Source: an uncultured delta proteobacterium (GTDB lineage Bacteria > Myxococcota_A > Polyangia > Polyangiales > Houyiibacteriaceae). From it: a stretch of DNA of 64,000 bases. The translations under genes were made by a program, and so were the position numbers. The stretch covers positions 654,989 through 718,988 of the forward strand of contig CAVPIE010000002.1 in assembly GCA_963704865.1 (NCBI GenBank). The letters are read 5' to 3'. The notes beneath the pieces were generated by a model. It saw only the letters and a list, made by a program, of their open reading frames with translations. It did not search any database and was not told the origin of the DNA. Below are positions 43,763 through 52,532 of this stretch, in pieces (the stretch's first letter is position 1; each line of letters opens with the position of its first letter).

Positions 43763-44757
43763 GCATTCCTCGTCATGTCTTTGACCAAACCGTCGCGTCG
43801 CTATTCGCTCCAGTCATCCCCTTCTTGGAAGGCGATGTGGTCAGCGAAATCATGATCAATGGTCACGACCAGATCTACATCGAGAAACAGGGTCGACTCC
43901 ATCTCACAGGGAGCCGCTTTGCGTCAGAGCACGATTTGATGTCCGCGCTACGAAACCTCTCACAGTTCGTCGGGCGAGAGCTCAACTCGCAGCAACCCAT
44001 CCTAGAGGCGCGACTTCCTGACGGTTCGCGAGTCGAGGCAGTCATTCCGCCTGCCGCGCCCTCCGGCCCAGTGGTCAGCATCAGGCGCTTTCGCCGTCAG
44101 CAGTTGACCTTGGAACGCCTTGTCGAGCTGGGGGCAGTTCCCCGGGAGGCCTCGATTCTGCTTCGATCGGTCATCGAACGAAAGCACAACGTCATCATCG
44201 CGGGTGGCAGCGGATCTGGGAAAACGTCTTTGCTCAACGCGCTGGCATCGCTTGCTTCAAATGACGAGCGCGTCGTGGTCATCGAAGATTCTCAGGAGCT
44301 TCGGGTTCGGCTGCCTCACGTCGTGCAGTTGGAGTCGCAGCCGCCGGACATTCGCGGCCGCGGCTGCGTTACGATTCGCGACCTTCTCCGGGCCACTCTT
44401 CGCATGCGCCCCGACCGAATCGTGATCGGCGAAATACGCGGGGGCGAAGCGCTCGACCTGATTCAAGCGATGATCTCTGGCCATCGGGGTTGCCTCTCCA
44501 CGGTTCATGCCACGCTCCCCATCGATACGCTGAGCCGACTGGAAACGATGGCCCTGATGACCGACGTCGAGGTGCCGCTCGCCGTCCTCCGCGTTCAAAT
44601 CGCTTCGGCGGTGGACACGATCGTCCAAGTTTCACGTGGCTCCGACGGCTTGCGGCATGTGACCCATGTATCGCAAGTCCTCGGTCACGACCCAAATAGC
44701 GGCTATCGGCTCCATCACCTGTTCGAGCGGCCGCCAGACCTCGGAGGAGGCCAATGA
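43759..44757 (+). CDS. second CpaF/VirB11-type secretion ATPase (no FHA domain)
   Basis: 332 aa. IIAGGSGSGKTSLLN, VVVIEDSQEL, GHRGCLSTVHA. N-domain EIMINGHDQIYIEKQGRL. Confidence 0.9.
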   Translation: MSIPRHVFDQTVASLFAPVIPFLEGDVVSEIMINGHDQIYIEKQGRLHLTGSRFASEHDLMSALRNLSQFVGRELNSQQPILEARLPDGSRVEAVIPPAAPSGPVVSIRRFRRQQLTLERLVELGAVPREASILLRSVIERKHNVIIAGGSGSGKTSLLNALASLASNDERVVVIEDSQELRVRLPHVVQLESQPPDIRGRGCVTIRDLLRATLRMRPDRIVIGEIRGGEALDLIQAMISGHRGCLSTVHATLPIDTLSRLETMALMTDVEVPLAVLRVQIASAVDTIVQVSRGSDGLRHVTHVSQVLGHDPNSGYRLHHLFERPPDLGGGQ

Positions 44758-45380
44758 CGGAACCTCCAACTCTAATCCTTTGGGACGCGGACGAGGAGCG
44801 GACTTTGGTCGACCGCGCCCAGCTCTCCAGTCCCGAGCCAGCGTTTGCTGGGTCCGTTCATCCGGTCCCGGAGAACTCGCAAAGCGAGGACCGCGACCGC
44901 GCCAAGCGTGAAGCAAAGCAAACGCTGCGAGCCGGGCGCTCGCTGCTGTCGAGGTACAGGCGCGAGATCATGGAGGTCAGCGCGGCTCTCGCTGTCTTCG
45001 TTGGCCTCGGTTCGGTCGTCCGCCAACAATGGCTGATTACCGATGCCTTGCGTGAGACGCTCACCGAGGTTCGCGCTCCTCGCCAGGAAATCGGTAACGC
45101 CCGCTCTGACGCGCTTCCACGATCCCAAGAGCCCTTCACCCGAGAGGAGGTCGAGCGTCGCGCGCTCATCAAAGAGCTCTCGCCCGATGAGCGTGAGGCG
45201 CTGGAGCGGCAGGCCGCAGCCCTCATCGCATCGAATGACTTCCCGGCTGCACTGAGTCAGTACGAGACGCTTGCGGAGCTCTTTCCTGACGACCGGACGC
45301 TCCGCGACGTGGTCACCGTGCTCAAGGCCAAGCTCCGTTGCGACCCATCTGCCAGCTTCGCGCGGGGCGCATGTCGCTGA
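44754..45380 (+). CDS. hypothetical single-pass membrane protein in the tad block
   Basis: ATGA-type overlap with the upstream ATPase gene. Central TM VSAALAVFVGLGSVV, helical C-terminus. Confidence 0.6.
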   Translation: MTEPPTLILWDADEERTLVDRAQLSSPEPAFAGSVHPVPENSQSEDRDRAKREAKQTLRAGRSLLSRYRREIMEVSAALAVFVGLGSVVRQQWLITDALRETLTEVRAPRQEIGNARSDALPRSQEPFTREEVERRALIKELSPDEREALERQAAALIASNDFPAALSQYETLAELFPDDRTLRDVVTVLKAKLRCDPSASFARGACR

Positions 45381-46039
45381 TGCATCGTTGGACACTCATC
45401 GTTGGCGCTGCGGTGTCGGCGTCGTGTCAGGCGCCCACCGCTTCCGCGCCGACAGTCGACGTCGTCTTTGCGGTCGAATCAGATCCGGGCCTGCCGCTTC
45501 GCCAAGTCCATGTTTCTGTCGACGGTCAATCCGTGGGGGAGACGGATTCGAACGGTCTGGCGCGAGCAAGGGTCGACGGCAAGCCCGGGAAACGATTCAG
45601 AGTCGAGCACGATTGCCCGCATGGACATGTCGCCCCATCCGAGCCGAAATTTCTGAGGCTGCGCACCTTCGGCCGCGTCGGAGAGTCCCATTCGGGGGCA
45701 TTGAAGATCACGCTCAGATGCAAACCTGAGAAGCGGCTGGCTGTTTTCATCATTCGAGCAAAGCACGGTGCCGGCCTTCCCGTCCTTCTCAACGGGCAAA
45801 GTGTGGCTCAGATGAATCCTTCAGGCGTCGCGCAGTTCTCTGCCTCGGCCCGTCCGGGCACGGACTTCATCGTAGAGCTCGACACATCAAGTCGATCGCA
45901 GCTGAGCCCACAGCGCCCAACGCATTTGAGGACACTCCAGGACGCAGACGAGATCTTCGTCATCAACCAGTCGTTCGACCTTCGAAAATTGCCCCGGCGA
46001 CGGGGCCGACAGCGAATGAGAATCACCAAAATTGAGTAA
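45371..46039 (+). CDS. hypothetical lipoprotein, beta-rich
   Basis: Start at MSLMHRWTLIVGAAVSASC (lipobox-like). Repeated V..V.VDGQ/NGQS segments. Overlaps the upstream stop by 10 nt. Confidence 0.6.
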   Translation: MSLMHRWTLIVGAAVSASCQAPTASAPTVDVVFAVESDPGLPLRQVHVSVDGQSVGETDSNGLARARVDGKPGKRFRVEHDCPHGHVAPSEPKFLRLRTFGRVGESHSGALKITLRCKPEKRLAVFIIRAKHGAGLPVLLNGQSVAQMNPSGVAQFSASARPGTDFIVELDTSSRSQLSPQRPTHLRTLQDADEIFVINQSFDLRKLPRRRGRQRMRITKIE

Positions 46040-46068
46040 CCGCCCGGCCGCGTACTATAACCGTCGCG

Positions 46069-47415
46069 ATGGGTGATCGGGCGGACGTGGTCGTGATTGG
46101 AGCTGGGCTGTCGGGGCTTTGTGCAGCGCGCAAGCTTCGGGCTCAGGGGAAGTCCGTCTTCGTCCTCGAAGCGCGTGATCGTGTTGGCGGACGGACTCGG
46201 ACCGAACGGATTGGGCAAGGCGAATTTGACCTGGGTGGGCAGTGGATCGGTCCGGGGCAAGAGCGTGTGCACGCGCTTGCGAACGAGCTCGGCATTCAGA
46301 CCTTCCCGACGTACACCGAGGGCAAGAAGGTCTTGGAAGTCGAGGGGAAGGTGTCGACCTACAAGCGTTCGGTTGCCTCAATGTCGCTGCCCTCTCTGAT
46401 TCAGATGCAGGGGGCCCTCAGCTACCTCCACCGGGTGCAGAAGAAAATCTCGCCGACCGCGCCGATGAGCGCGGAAGGCGCCGAGGAGCTCGATGGCGAA
46501 ACGCTCGAGACCTGGCGGGCCCGGTTCGTGAAGTCGGGCAAGATCCTTGCGGTGATGGATGCCGCGATTCGCTCGATTTTTGGCGCCGAGGCGCGCGAGC
46601 TTTCGGCGCTCTACTTCCTGATGTACCTCAACGCTGGGGGCGGCTTGCTGAGCCACTCGGAGACCAGTGGCGGAGCACAGCAGGATCGCTTCGTCCCCGG
46701 GGCGCAGTCGATTTCAAACGCGCTCGCCAAGGAGCTCGGGGATGCGCTGATCCTCGGCGCACCCGTTCGCACGATCGTCCAGAACCAAGACGGCGTCGAG
46801 GCGCACTCCGACTCGAACTCGGTCGCTGCGCGCTTCGCTGTCGTCGCCGTGCCGCCGCCGCTCGCCGGGCGAATCGAATACCAGCCTTCGGTGTCCGTCG
46901 GCCGCGACCAAGTCACGCAGCGCTTTGCAATGGGCGCAGCGGTGAAGGTGCTCGTCACCTACGAACGCGCGTTCTGGCGCGAAGCAGGCTTCTCGGGCGA
47001 AGTGGTCAGCTCGGACGGGCCGCTGAGCGTCGTCTACGACAACACCTCGCATGACAGTCGGCAGCCTGCGCTGGTCGGCTTCGTCGTTGGAAGCCAAGCG
47101 CGGCAATGGTCTGCGCAACCTCTCTCCGATCGAAAGCGCCGCGTCGCCAATGCACTCTCGCGCTACTTCGGCGACGAAGCCAAATCGTTTCAGGAATACC
47201 ACGAGCTCGACTGGGGCGCGGAGCCCTGGTCTCGCGGGTGCCCGGTGGGTGGCTTACCGCCCGGGGTGCTCACCAAATCGTTCGCGCACCTTCGCAAGCC
47301 CGAAGGCCGAATCCACTGGGCCGGCACCGAGGCGGCCACCGAATGGATCGGCTACATGGAAGGCGCGATTCAGTCGGGTGAACGCGCGGCCGACGAAATC
47401 CTGCGCCGCCTGTAG
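46069..47415 (+). CDS. FAD-dependent amine oxidase (flavin monoamine oxidase family)
   Basis: DVVVIGAGLSGLCAARKL...VLEARDRVGGRT dinucleotide-binding motif. C-terminal WAGTEAATEWIGYMEGAIQSGERAA. Confidence 0.9.
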   Translation: MGDRADVVVIGAGLSGLCAARKLRAQGKSVFVLEARDRVGGRTRTERIGQGEFDLGGQWIGPGQERVHALANELGIQTFPTYTEGKKVLEVEGKVSTYKRSVASMSLPSLIQMQGALSYLHRVQKKISPTAPMSAEGAEELDGETLETWRARFVKSGKILAVMDAAIRSIFGAEARELSALYFLMYLNAGGGLLSHSETSGGAQQDRFVPGAQSISNALAKELGDALILGAPVRTIVQNQDGVEAHSDSNSVAARFAVVAVPPPLAGRIEYQPSVSVGRDQVTQRFAMGAAVKVLVTYERAFWREAGFSGEVVSSDGPLSVVYDNTSHDSRQPALVGFVVGSQARQWSAQPLSDRKRRVANALSRYFGDEAKSFQEYHELDWGAEPWSRGCPVGGLPPGVLTKSFAHLRKPEGRIHWAGTEAATEWIGYMEGAIQSGERAADEILRRL

Positions 47416-47421
47416 GGTTCC

Positions 47422-49725
47422 CTAAACGCTCGGGGCCAGGCGAACGGTGACGTCTTTGGAGGCCGGCGTGAAGCTGCCTTCGGCGTATCGATTCAGAGGA
47501 ACCAGGACGTTGGCTTCGGGGAAATACGTGGCGACGCAGCGGCTTGGGATGGGGTAGGGGACGACCGTGAACCGGGGCGCAATGCGCTGTTCGCCTCCGA
47601 AATTGTTGGTGATGTCGACCTTGGAGCCCGCCGCGATGCCAGCTTGCTGCATGTCGGCTTCGTTCATCAACACGACGCGCCGGCCGCCGTGGACGCCTCG
47701 GTAGCGATCGTCGTTTCCGTAGACCGTGGTGTTGTATTGGTCGTGAGTTCGCACCGTCATCATCCGGAAGCAGCCATCAGGCAGTGCGAGGTTGGGCGCC
47801 GGGTTGATGGTGAACTGCGCTTTGCCGCTTTGGGTATCGAACCGGCGTTCGCGCGCACTGTTGTGAAGGTGGAAACCGCCAGGCTTTCGCACACGCGTGT
47901 TGAAGTCTTCGAAACCCGGAATTGTCTGCTCGATCAAGTCGCGAATGCGATCGTAGTTCTCGATCATCCAGCACCAGCCCACCGGCGTTTCCGGGCCGAG
48001 CACCTGCTCGGCGAGCCAGGCGACGATCGACGATTCGCTGTAGAGCTTTGGATCGGCGGGGCTGAGGTGGCCGTGCGACGAATGGACGACGCCCATCGAG
48101 TTTTCGACGGTGACAAACTGCGGTCCGTAGGCTTGTTCATCGACCTCGGAGCGCCCGAGACAGGGCAGGATGATCGACCAGTTGCCGCGAATCAGATGGC
48201 CGCGGTTGAGCTTGGTGCTCACGTGCACGGTCATCTCGCAGTTTTTAAGTGCTTGCGCGGTGCGCTCCGTGTCGGGTGTCGCCTGGAGGAAGTTGCCCCC
48301 CATCCCAAAGAAGACCTTGGCGCGGCCGTCGAGCATCGCGTGAATCGCTTCGACGGTGTTGAAGCCGGGCTCGCGCGGCGGGTCGAAGCCAAACACCTCT
48401 TGGATTCGATCGAGGAGCGCCTTCGACGGCCGGTCGTGAATCCCCATCGTCCGGTCGCCTTGCACGTTGCTGTGCCCTCGGACCGGGCAGGTCCCTGCGC
48501 CGGGCATGCCGATGCTGCCGCGCATCAGGAGGAAATTCACGATCTCGCGAACATTGCCGACTCCGTTTCGATGCTGGGTCAGGCCCATCGCCCAGCAGAC
48601 GATCGTCTTTCGGCTGCGGAGGACGATGGCGACGGCTTGCTCGAGCTCGGCGCGCCTGATGCCGGCAGCCTCGAGCAGCGCATCGACGTCTTGGGCTTCC
48701 AAGTGCGCGCGCAGCTCTGAAAAGCCCTCGGTGTAGAGGCCAATGAAGTCTTGATCCAGCACCTCACCCGGGCGCTGGGCTTCGGCTTCGAGCAAGAGGC
48801 ACATCAGCGCCTTGAGCAAGGCGACGTCGCCGTTGATCTGGACTTGGAGAAAGAGGTCGGCGACCTGGGTTCCGCCGCTGAGCACCTGCGCCGGGCTCTT
48901 CGGATTGACGAAACCCATCAGGCCCGCTTCGGGGAGCGGGTTGATCGCGATGATCTGCGCGCCGTTCTTCTTCGCCTTCTGTAAGGCGGTGAGCATGCGC
49001 GGATGGTTGGTGCCCGGGTTTTGGCCCATGACGATGATCGTGTCGGCTTCGTGGATGTCGTCGAGCGTGACCGAGCCCTTGCCGATGCCCACCGTTTCCC
49101 CGAGCCCAACGCCGCTCGATTCGTGGCACATGTTTGAGCAGTCGGGCAGGTTGTTCGTCCCGAAGGCACGCACGAAAAGCTGATAGAGGAACGCCGCTTC
49201 GTTGCTCGTCCGGCCCGACGTGTAGAAAATCGCCTCGTTGGGCGAGTCGAGCGCCTTCAGTCCATTGGCAACGCGCTTGAACGCCTCCTCCCAGCTGATC
49301 GGCTCGTAAAAACGAGAGCGGGGGCGAAGCATGAGGGGTTCGGTGAGCCTACCCTGAAGGCCGAGCCAGTAGTCGGTTTGATTGGCCAGCTCGTCGATGC
49401 TGTATCGCTGAAAGAAATTCCTATCGAGCCGTCGACGCGTCGTTTCCCAAGCCGCAGCTTTCGCGCCGTTCTCGCAAAACTCGGTGAGTGCAGCGCGATC
49501 ATCCGGGTCCGGCCAGGCGCAGCCCGGACAGTCGAAGCCGTCGACTTGGTTCATCTGCCCGAGGATGCGAATCGCAGACAGTAGCCCATGGCCGTGCAGG
49601 TGCATGTGCGCGAACGAAAAGCGCACCGACGCGAGCCCCGCGGCCTTCTTCTGGGGCGCCTCGATGCGCAAGTTGTCATCGGTTTCGGGTGGCTCGGCGC
49701 TGCTCGGTCGGTGCGTCGTCATCAA
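47422..49725 (-). CDS. FdhF/YdeP-family molybdopterin oxidoreductase
   Basis: 767 aa. N-terminal GFDCPGCAWPDP motif and length are typical of the YdeP family. Followed on its strand by fdhD with a 4-nt overlap. Confidence 0.9.
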   Translation of the reverse strand: MMTTHRPSSAEPPETDDNLRIEAPQKKAAGLASVRFSFAHMHLHGHGLLSAIRILGQMNQVDGFDCPGCAWPDPDDRAALTEFCENGAKAAAWETTRRRLDRNFFQRYSIDELANQTDYWLGLQGRLTEPLMLRPRSRFYEPISWEEAFKRVANGLKALDSPNEAIFYTSGRTSNEAAFLYQLFVRAFGTNNLPDCSNMCHESSGVGLGETVGIGKGSVTLDDIHEADTIIVMGQNPGTNHPRMLTALQKAKKNGAQIIAINPLPEAGLMGFVNPKSPAQVLSGGTQVADLFLQVQINGDVALLKALMCLLLEAEAQRPGEVLDQDFIGLYTEGFSELRAHLEAQDVDALLEAAGIRRAELEQAVAIVLRSRKTIVCWAMGLTQHRNGVGNVREIVNFLLMRGSIGMPGAGTCPVRGHSNVQGDRTMGIHDRPSKALLDRIQEVFGFDPPREPGFNTVEAIHAMLDGRAKVFFGMGGNFLQATPDTERTAQALKNCEMTVHVSTKLNRGHLIRGNWSIILPCLGRSEVDEQAYGPQFVTVENSMGVVHSSHGHLSPADPKLYSESSIVAWLAEQVLGPETPVGWCWMIENYDRIRDLIEQTIPGFEDFNTRVRKPGGFHLHNSARERRFDTQSGKAQFTINPAPNLALPDGCFRMMTVRTHDQYNTTVYGNDDRYRGVHGGRRVVLMNEADMQQAGIAAGSKVDITNNFGGEQRIAPRFTVVPYPIPSRCVATYFPEANVLVPLNRYAEGSFTPASKDVTVRLAPSV

Positions 49726-50600
49726 CCCGCCTCCACCTGCACGAACGCGGACTCGCTCGACTCGAGGGCGATCCGTTGTCCGCTTGAGTAGACGTTGAAG
49801 CGGTTCTCACGCGCAAAGCCAACCAAGGTGAGGCCGAAGCGTCGTGCGGTTTCAATCGCCAAGCTCGATGCCGCACCGATGGCGACCATCATCGGGAAGC
49901 CGGCGCGCACGGTCTTTTGGACGAGCTCGAAGCTCGCTCGGCTGCTCACCACCACGAAACCGCTGGTCGCGTCGGGCGCGGCGCCCGCGAGCCAAGCTCC
50001 GACCAGCTTGTCGAGCGCGTTGTGCCGACCGACGTCTTCGCGGTGCAGCAAGAGATCGCCCGCGTCGTCGAACAAAGCCGCACCATGCGTGCCGCCGGTA
50101 TGGCGGAACCAGGCCTGCGATTCTTCCAGGGAGAGAAGCGCATCGCGAATGGCGGAAGGATGGAATGCGTCTCGTTTGACCGGCAACGGCGTGCAGCCAG
50201 CCTTCGACAAGGCTTCGACGGTGCGTTCCCCGCAAACCCCGCAGGCGCTGGTCATCGTGAGCGTTCGTTCGAGCAAACGCGACGGCACGACGACGCGCTC
50301 GTGCAACACCGCGCGAACCACGTTGTCCGGGGTGTCCGACCGTAGGCAGTGGCGGACGCTAACCAAGTCGTCGACCCCGGCGATGACCCCTTCGGCAAAC
50401 AGAAATCCGGTGACCAGATCCCGATCGTGACCCGGCGTGCGCATCGTCATCGCCAGCGAGGCCTCCGTGCGGGCGTGCGGCTCCCCGTGCTCGAGAAGAA
50501 TCTGAAGCGGCTCCTCGACCGCAACCAGGTCGCTGCCTTGCTCCCGGCGCGTGCGCTCGATGCGCTCGACTTCAGCGGAGGTAACTGGGGTGCGACTCAT
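49722..50600 (-). CDS. fdhD: formate dehydrogenase accessory sulfurtransferase FdhD
   Basis: 292 aa. TSACGVCG catalytic Cys motif, EDVGRHNALDKLVG. Confidence 0.9.
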   Translation of the reverse strand: MSRTPVTSAEVERIERTRREQGSDLVAVEEPLQILLEHGEPHARTEASLAMTMRTPGHDRDLVTGFLFAEGVIAGVDDLVSVRHCLRSDTPDNVVRAVLHERVVVPSRLLERTLTMTSACGVCGERTVEALSKAGCTPLPVKRDAFHPSAIRDALLSLEESQAWFRHTGGTHGAALFDDAGDLLLHREDVGRHNALDKLVGAWLAGAAPDATSGFVVVSSRASFELVQKTVRAGFPMMVAIGAASSLAIETARRFGLTLVGFARENRFNVYSSGQRIALESSESAFVQVEAG

Positions 50601-50633
50601 GGTCCAGCAAGCCTACTGCGCATTAACCCTTCT

Positions 50634-50656
50634 AAAAAGGGGACTGTCCCCTTTTT
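50634..50656. repeat. perfect palindrome AAAAAGGGGAC-T-GTCCCCTTTTT (copy 2 of 2); possible bidirectional intrinsic terminator
   Basis: Read directly from the sequence. Lies 8 nt downstream of the sterol-reductase stop (50664, minus strand) and 34 nt upstream of the fdhD start (50600). GGGG/CCCC stem flanked by A and T runs. Confidence 0.8.
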
Positions 50657-50663
50657 GGAGGGG

Positions 50664-51929
50664 TTAGTAGAGGCCGGGGATGATCCGCCAGCGGACTCGT
50701 TCGCAGTATCGCTTCCAGTCCTCGCCGTACTTCTTCGAGCAGAAGTTGTGGTCTCGGCGCTCTCGATGGATCAGCAGGATCGCGAAGTAGACCGGGTAGA
50801 AGTAGGGCAGGGCCGAGCCAAACAGGCAGGGTAGCGACCAGGAAAGCGCCATCAGGATGTCTCCGACGTAGTTGAAGTGACGGGACCAACCCCAAAATCC
50901 GGACAGCAACAGCTTCCCGCCCTGCTCGGTCTGAAGGTACTCGACCTTTTTGCCCCAAATCCGGGCGTTGTCCGGGTCTTTGCGAAACTTGTGCTTCTGC
51001 AGATTCACCACGCGGAAGATGTAGAGGCCGAGCATGTTGACGGCGACGATCAGCAGCGCGCCCCACCACGGCAGGGAGTGCACGCGGTCGATGAGGTAGT
51101 GCGCTTGGAGCGAATAGGTCATCGGGACCCAGACCAAGTCGCCAAACGCCAGCATGTAGCCGAAGTTCTCGTGCTTGATATCCATCGTGGTGAGGATGGC
51201 CTCCTCGTTCCAGAAGTAGTCGACGATGTAGAACATCTGAAAGAGCCAGACGAGAACCATCGAGGTCGAAGCGAAGCCGTATTGTTCGTACTGCACGTAC
51301 GCGAACGAGGTGTTGATCAGCACCCACAGAATCAGCCCTGGCCTCGCTTCGCAGAAGATTTTCAAATCGAGGCCGTCGCGGCCCGCGGGGATGCGCGGGT
51401 TGTGGCCCGTGCCCATCCAAAAATCATGAATGAACTTGCCGCTCAGATGACGTGCCTGCCCGTGCTGCTTGCCGTACCAGTAGAGATAGGCGCTGAAGAA
51501 GATCACGAAGATCGTCATCACGCTGATCAGCGCGCCGAACTGGTCGTGCAGCTCGCGAATCGAAAACACACCCGACCAGTGCGCGATGGCGACCAGGATG
51601 AACGTCACGAAGAGCGAGAACAGGCCATTCATCCGGTAGGGGAGGCGGCTTCCGTCGGGCAGCTCGGCGCCGAGGACCTCCCGGCCGGGCGCGTACCGCT
51701 GGAGGAGTGCCTGCAGCACGAACCAGACGCCATAGATGACCGCCGCCCGTCCGGTCGGCATCATCGCCTGCTGGAACCCCTCCCAATCGGCGCTGGGCCC
51801 CGGAAGCACGGCGCCGCCGTTGAAACGCACCGCGAAGAATAGATACGCCGTGAAAATGGGGAGGCCGACGATCATGGCGAAGTTTCCAGGGACCCCGCCA
51901 AACTCCAGCTTCTCTTTGTGCTCGCTCAT
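50664..51929 (-). CDS. ERG4/ERG24-family sterol reductase (DHCR7/delta-14/delta-24(28) type)
   Basis: 421 aa from MSEHKEKLEF, multi-TM. C-terminal family signature LLLSGFWGWSRHFNYVGDILMALSW ... LLIHRERRDHNFCSKKYGEDWKRYC. Confidence 0.85.
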   Translation of the reverse strand: MSEHKEKLEFGGVPGNFAMIVGLPIFTAYLFFAVRFNGGAVLPGPSADWEGFQQAMMPTGRAAVIYGVWFVLQALLQRYAPGREVLGAELPDGSRLPYRMNGLFSLFVTFILVAIAHWSGVFSIRELHDQFGALISVMTIFVIFFSAYLYWYGKQHGQARHLSGKFIHDFWMGTGHNPRIPAGRDGLDLKIFCEARPGLILWVLINTSFAYVQYEQYGFASTSMVLVWLFQMFYIVDYFWNEEAILTTMDIKHENFGYMLAFGDLVWVPMTYSLQAHYLIDRVHSLPWWGALLIVAVNMLGLYIFRVVNLQKHKFRKDPDNARIWGKKVEYLQTEQGGKLLLSGFWGWSRHFNYVGDILMALSWSLPCLFGSALPYFYPVYFAILLIHRERRDHNFCSKKYGEDWKRYCERVRWRIIPGLY

Positions 51930-52016
51930 CGGCCGGACTCTAGGGCAATAGGGCATGGGGCCGCCACCCCCTCCGCTGGGCTTTGCGGCACCCGGGACTT
52001 GGCGTAGTACAGCCCT

Positions 52017-52532
52017 ATGCGGCTGAGGCGAAAAGTCTGTCTTCTAGGCGCGCCGGGGGTGGGCAAATCGAGCCTCGTCCGGCGATTCGTCGAGGGCAGC
52101 TTCGATCATGCGCACAACCCTTCGATTGCGATGTCGATCTTTTCGGGCACCGTGGAGCTGGGCGACGTGACCCTCGAGATGATGCTCTGGGACCCGGCGG
52201 GCACCGAGCCCGGGGGGCAATACAATCGCTCCTTCATCTCCGGGGCGTCGGGCCTAATTTTCGTCGTGGACGTCACGAGGCCGCAGACGCTCGACACCCT
52301 GCTCGAAGCACAGGCCAAGGAGCGCGGTTTCATCGGCTCGCGTCCGGCGATCCTCGTCGCGAACAAAGCCGATTTGACTGGAGACTTCGCGCTCAGCAAG
52401 GCCCAAATCGATGCCGCGGGCAAGCTCGACTGGCGGCTCATCCAGGCTAGCGCGAAGACTGGAGACAGCGTCGGCAAAGTGTTCACGACCTTGGCCGAGC
52501 TGATGCTCGAAGCGAGAAAGGCGACCGGATGA
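52017..52532 (+). CDS. Ras/Rab-like small GTPase
   Basis: 171 aa. G1 GAPGVGKSSL, G3 WDPAG, G4 NKAD, G5 SAK. Confidence 0.85.
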   Translation: MRLRRKVCLLGAPGVGKSSLVRRFVEGSFDHAHNPSIAMSIFSGTVELGDVTLEMMLWDPAGTEPGGQYNRSFISGASGLIFVVDVTRPQTLDTLLEAQAKERGFIGSRPAILVANKADLTGDFALSKAQIDAAGKLDWRLIQASAKTGDSVGKVFTTLAELMLEARKATG

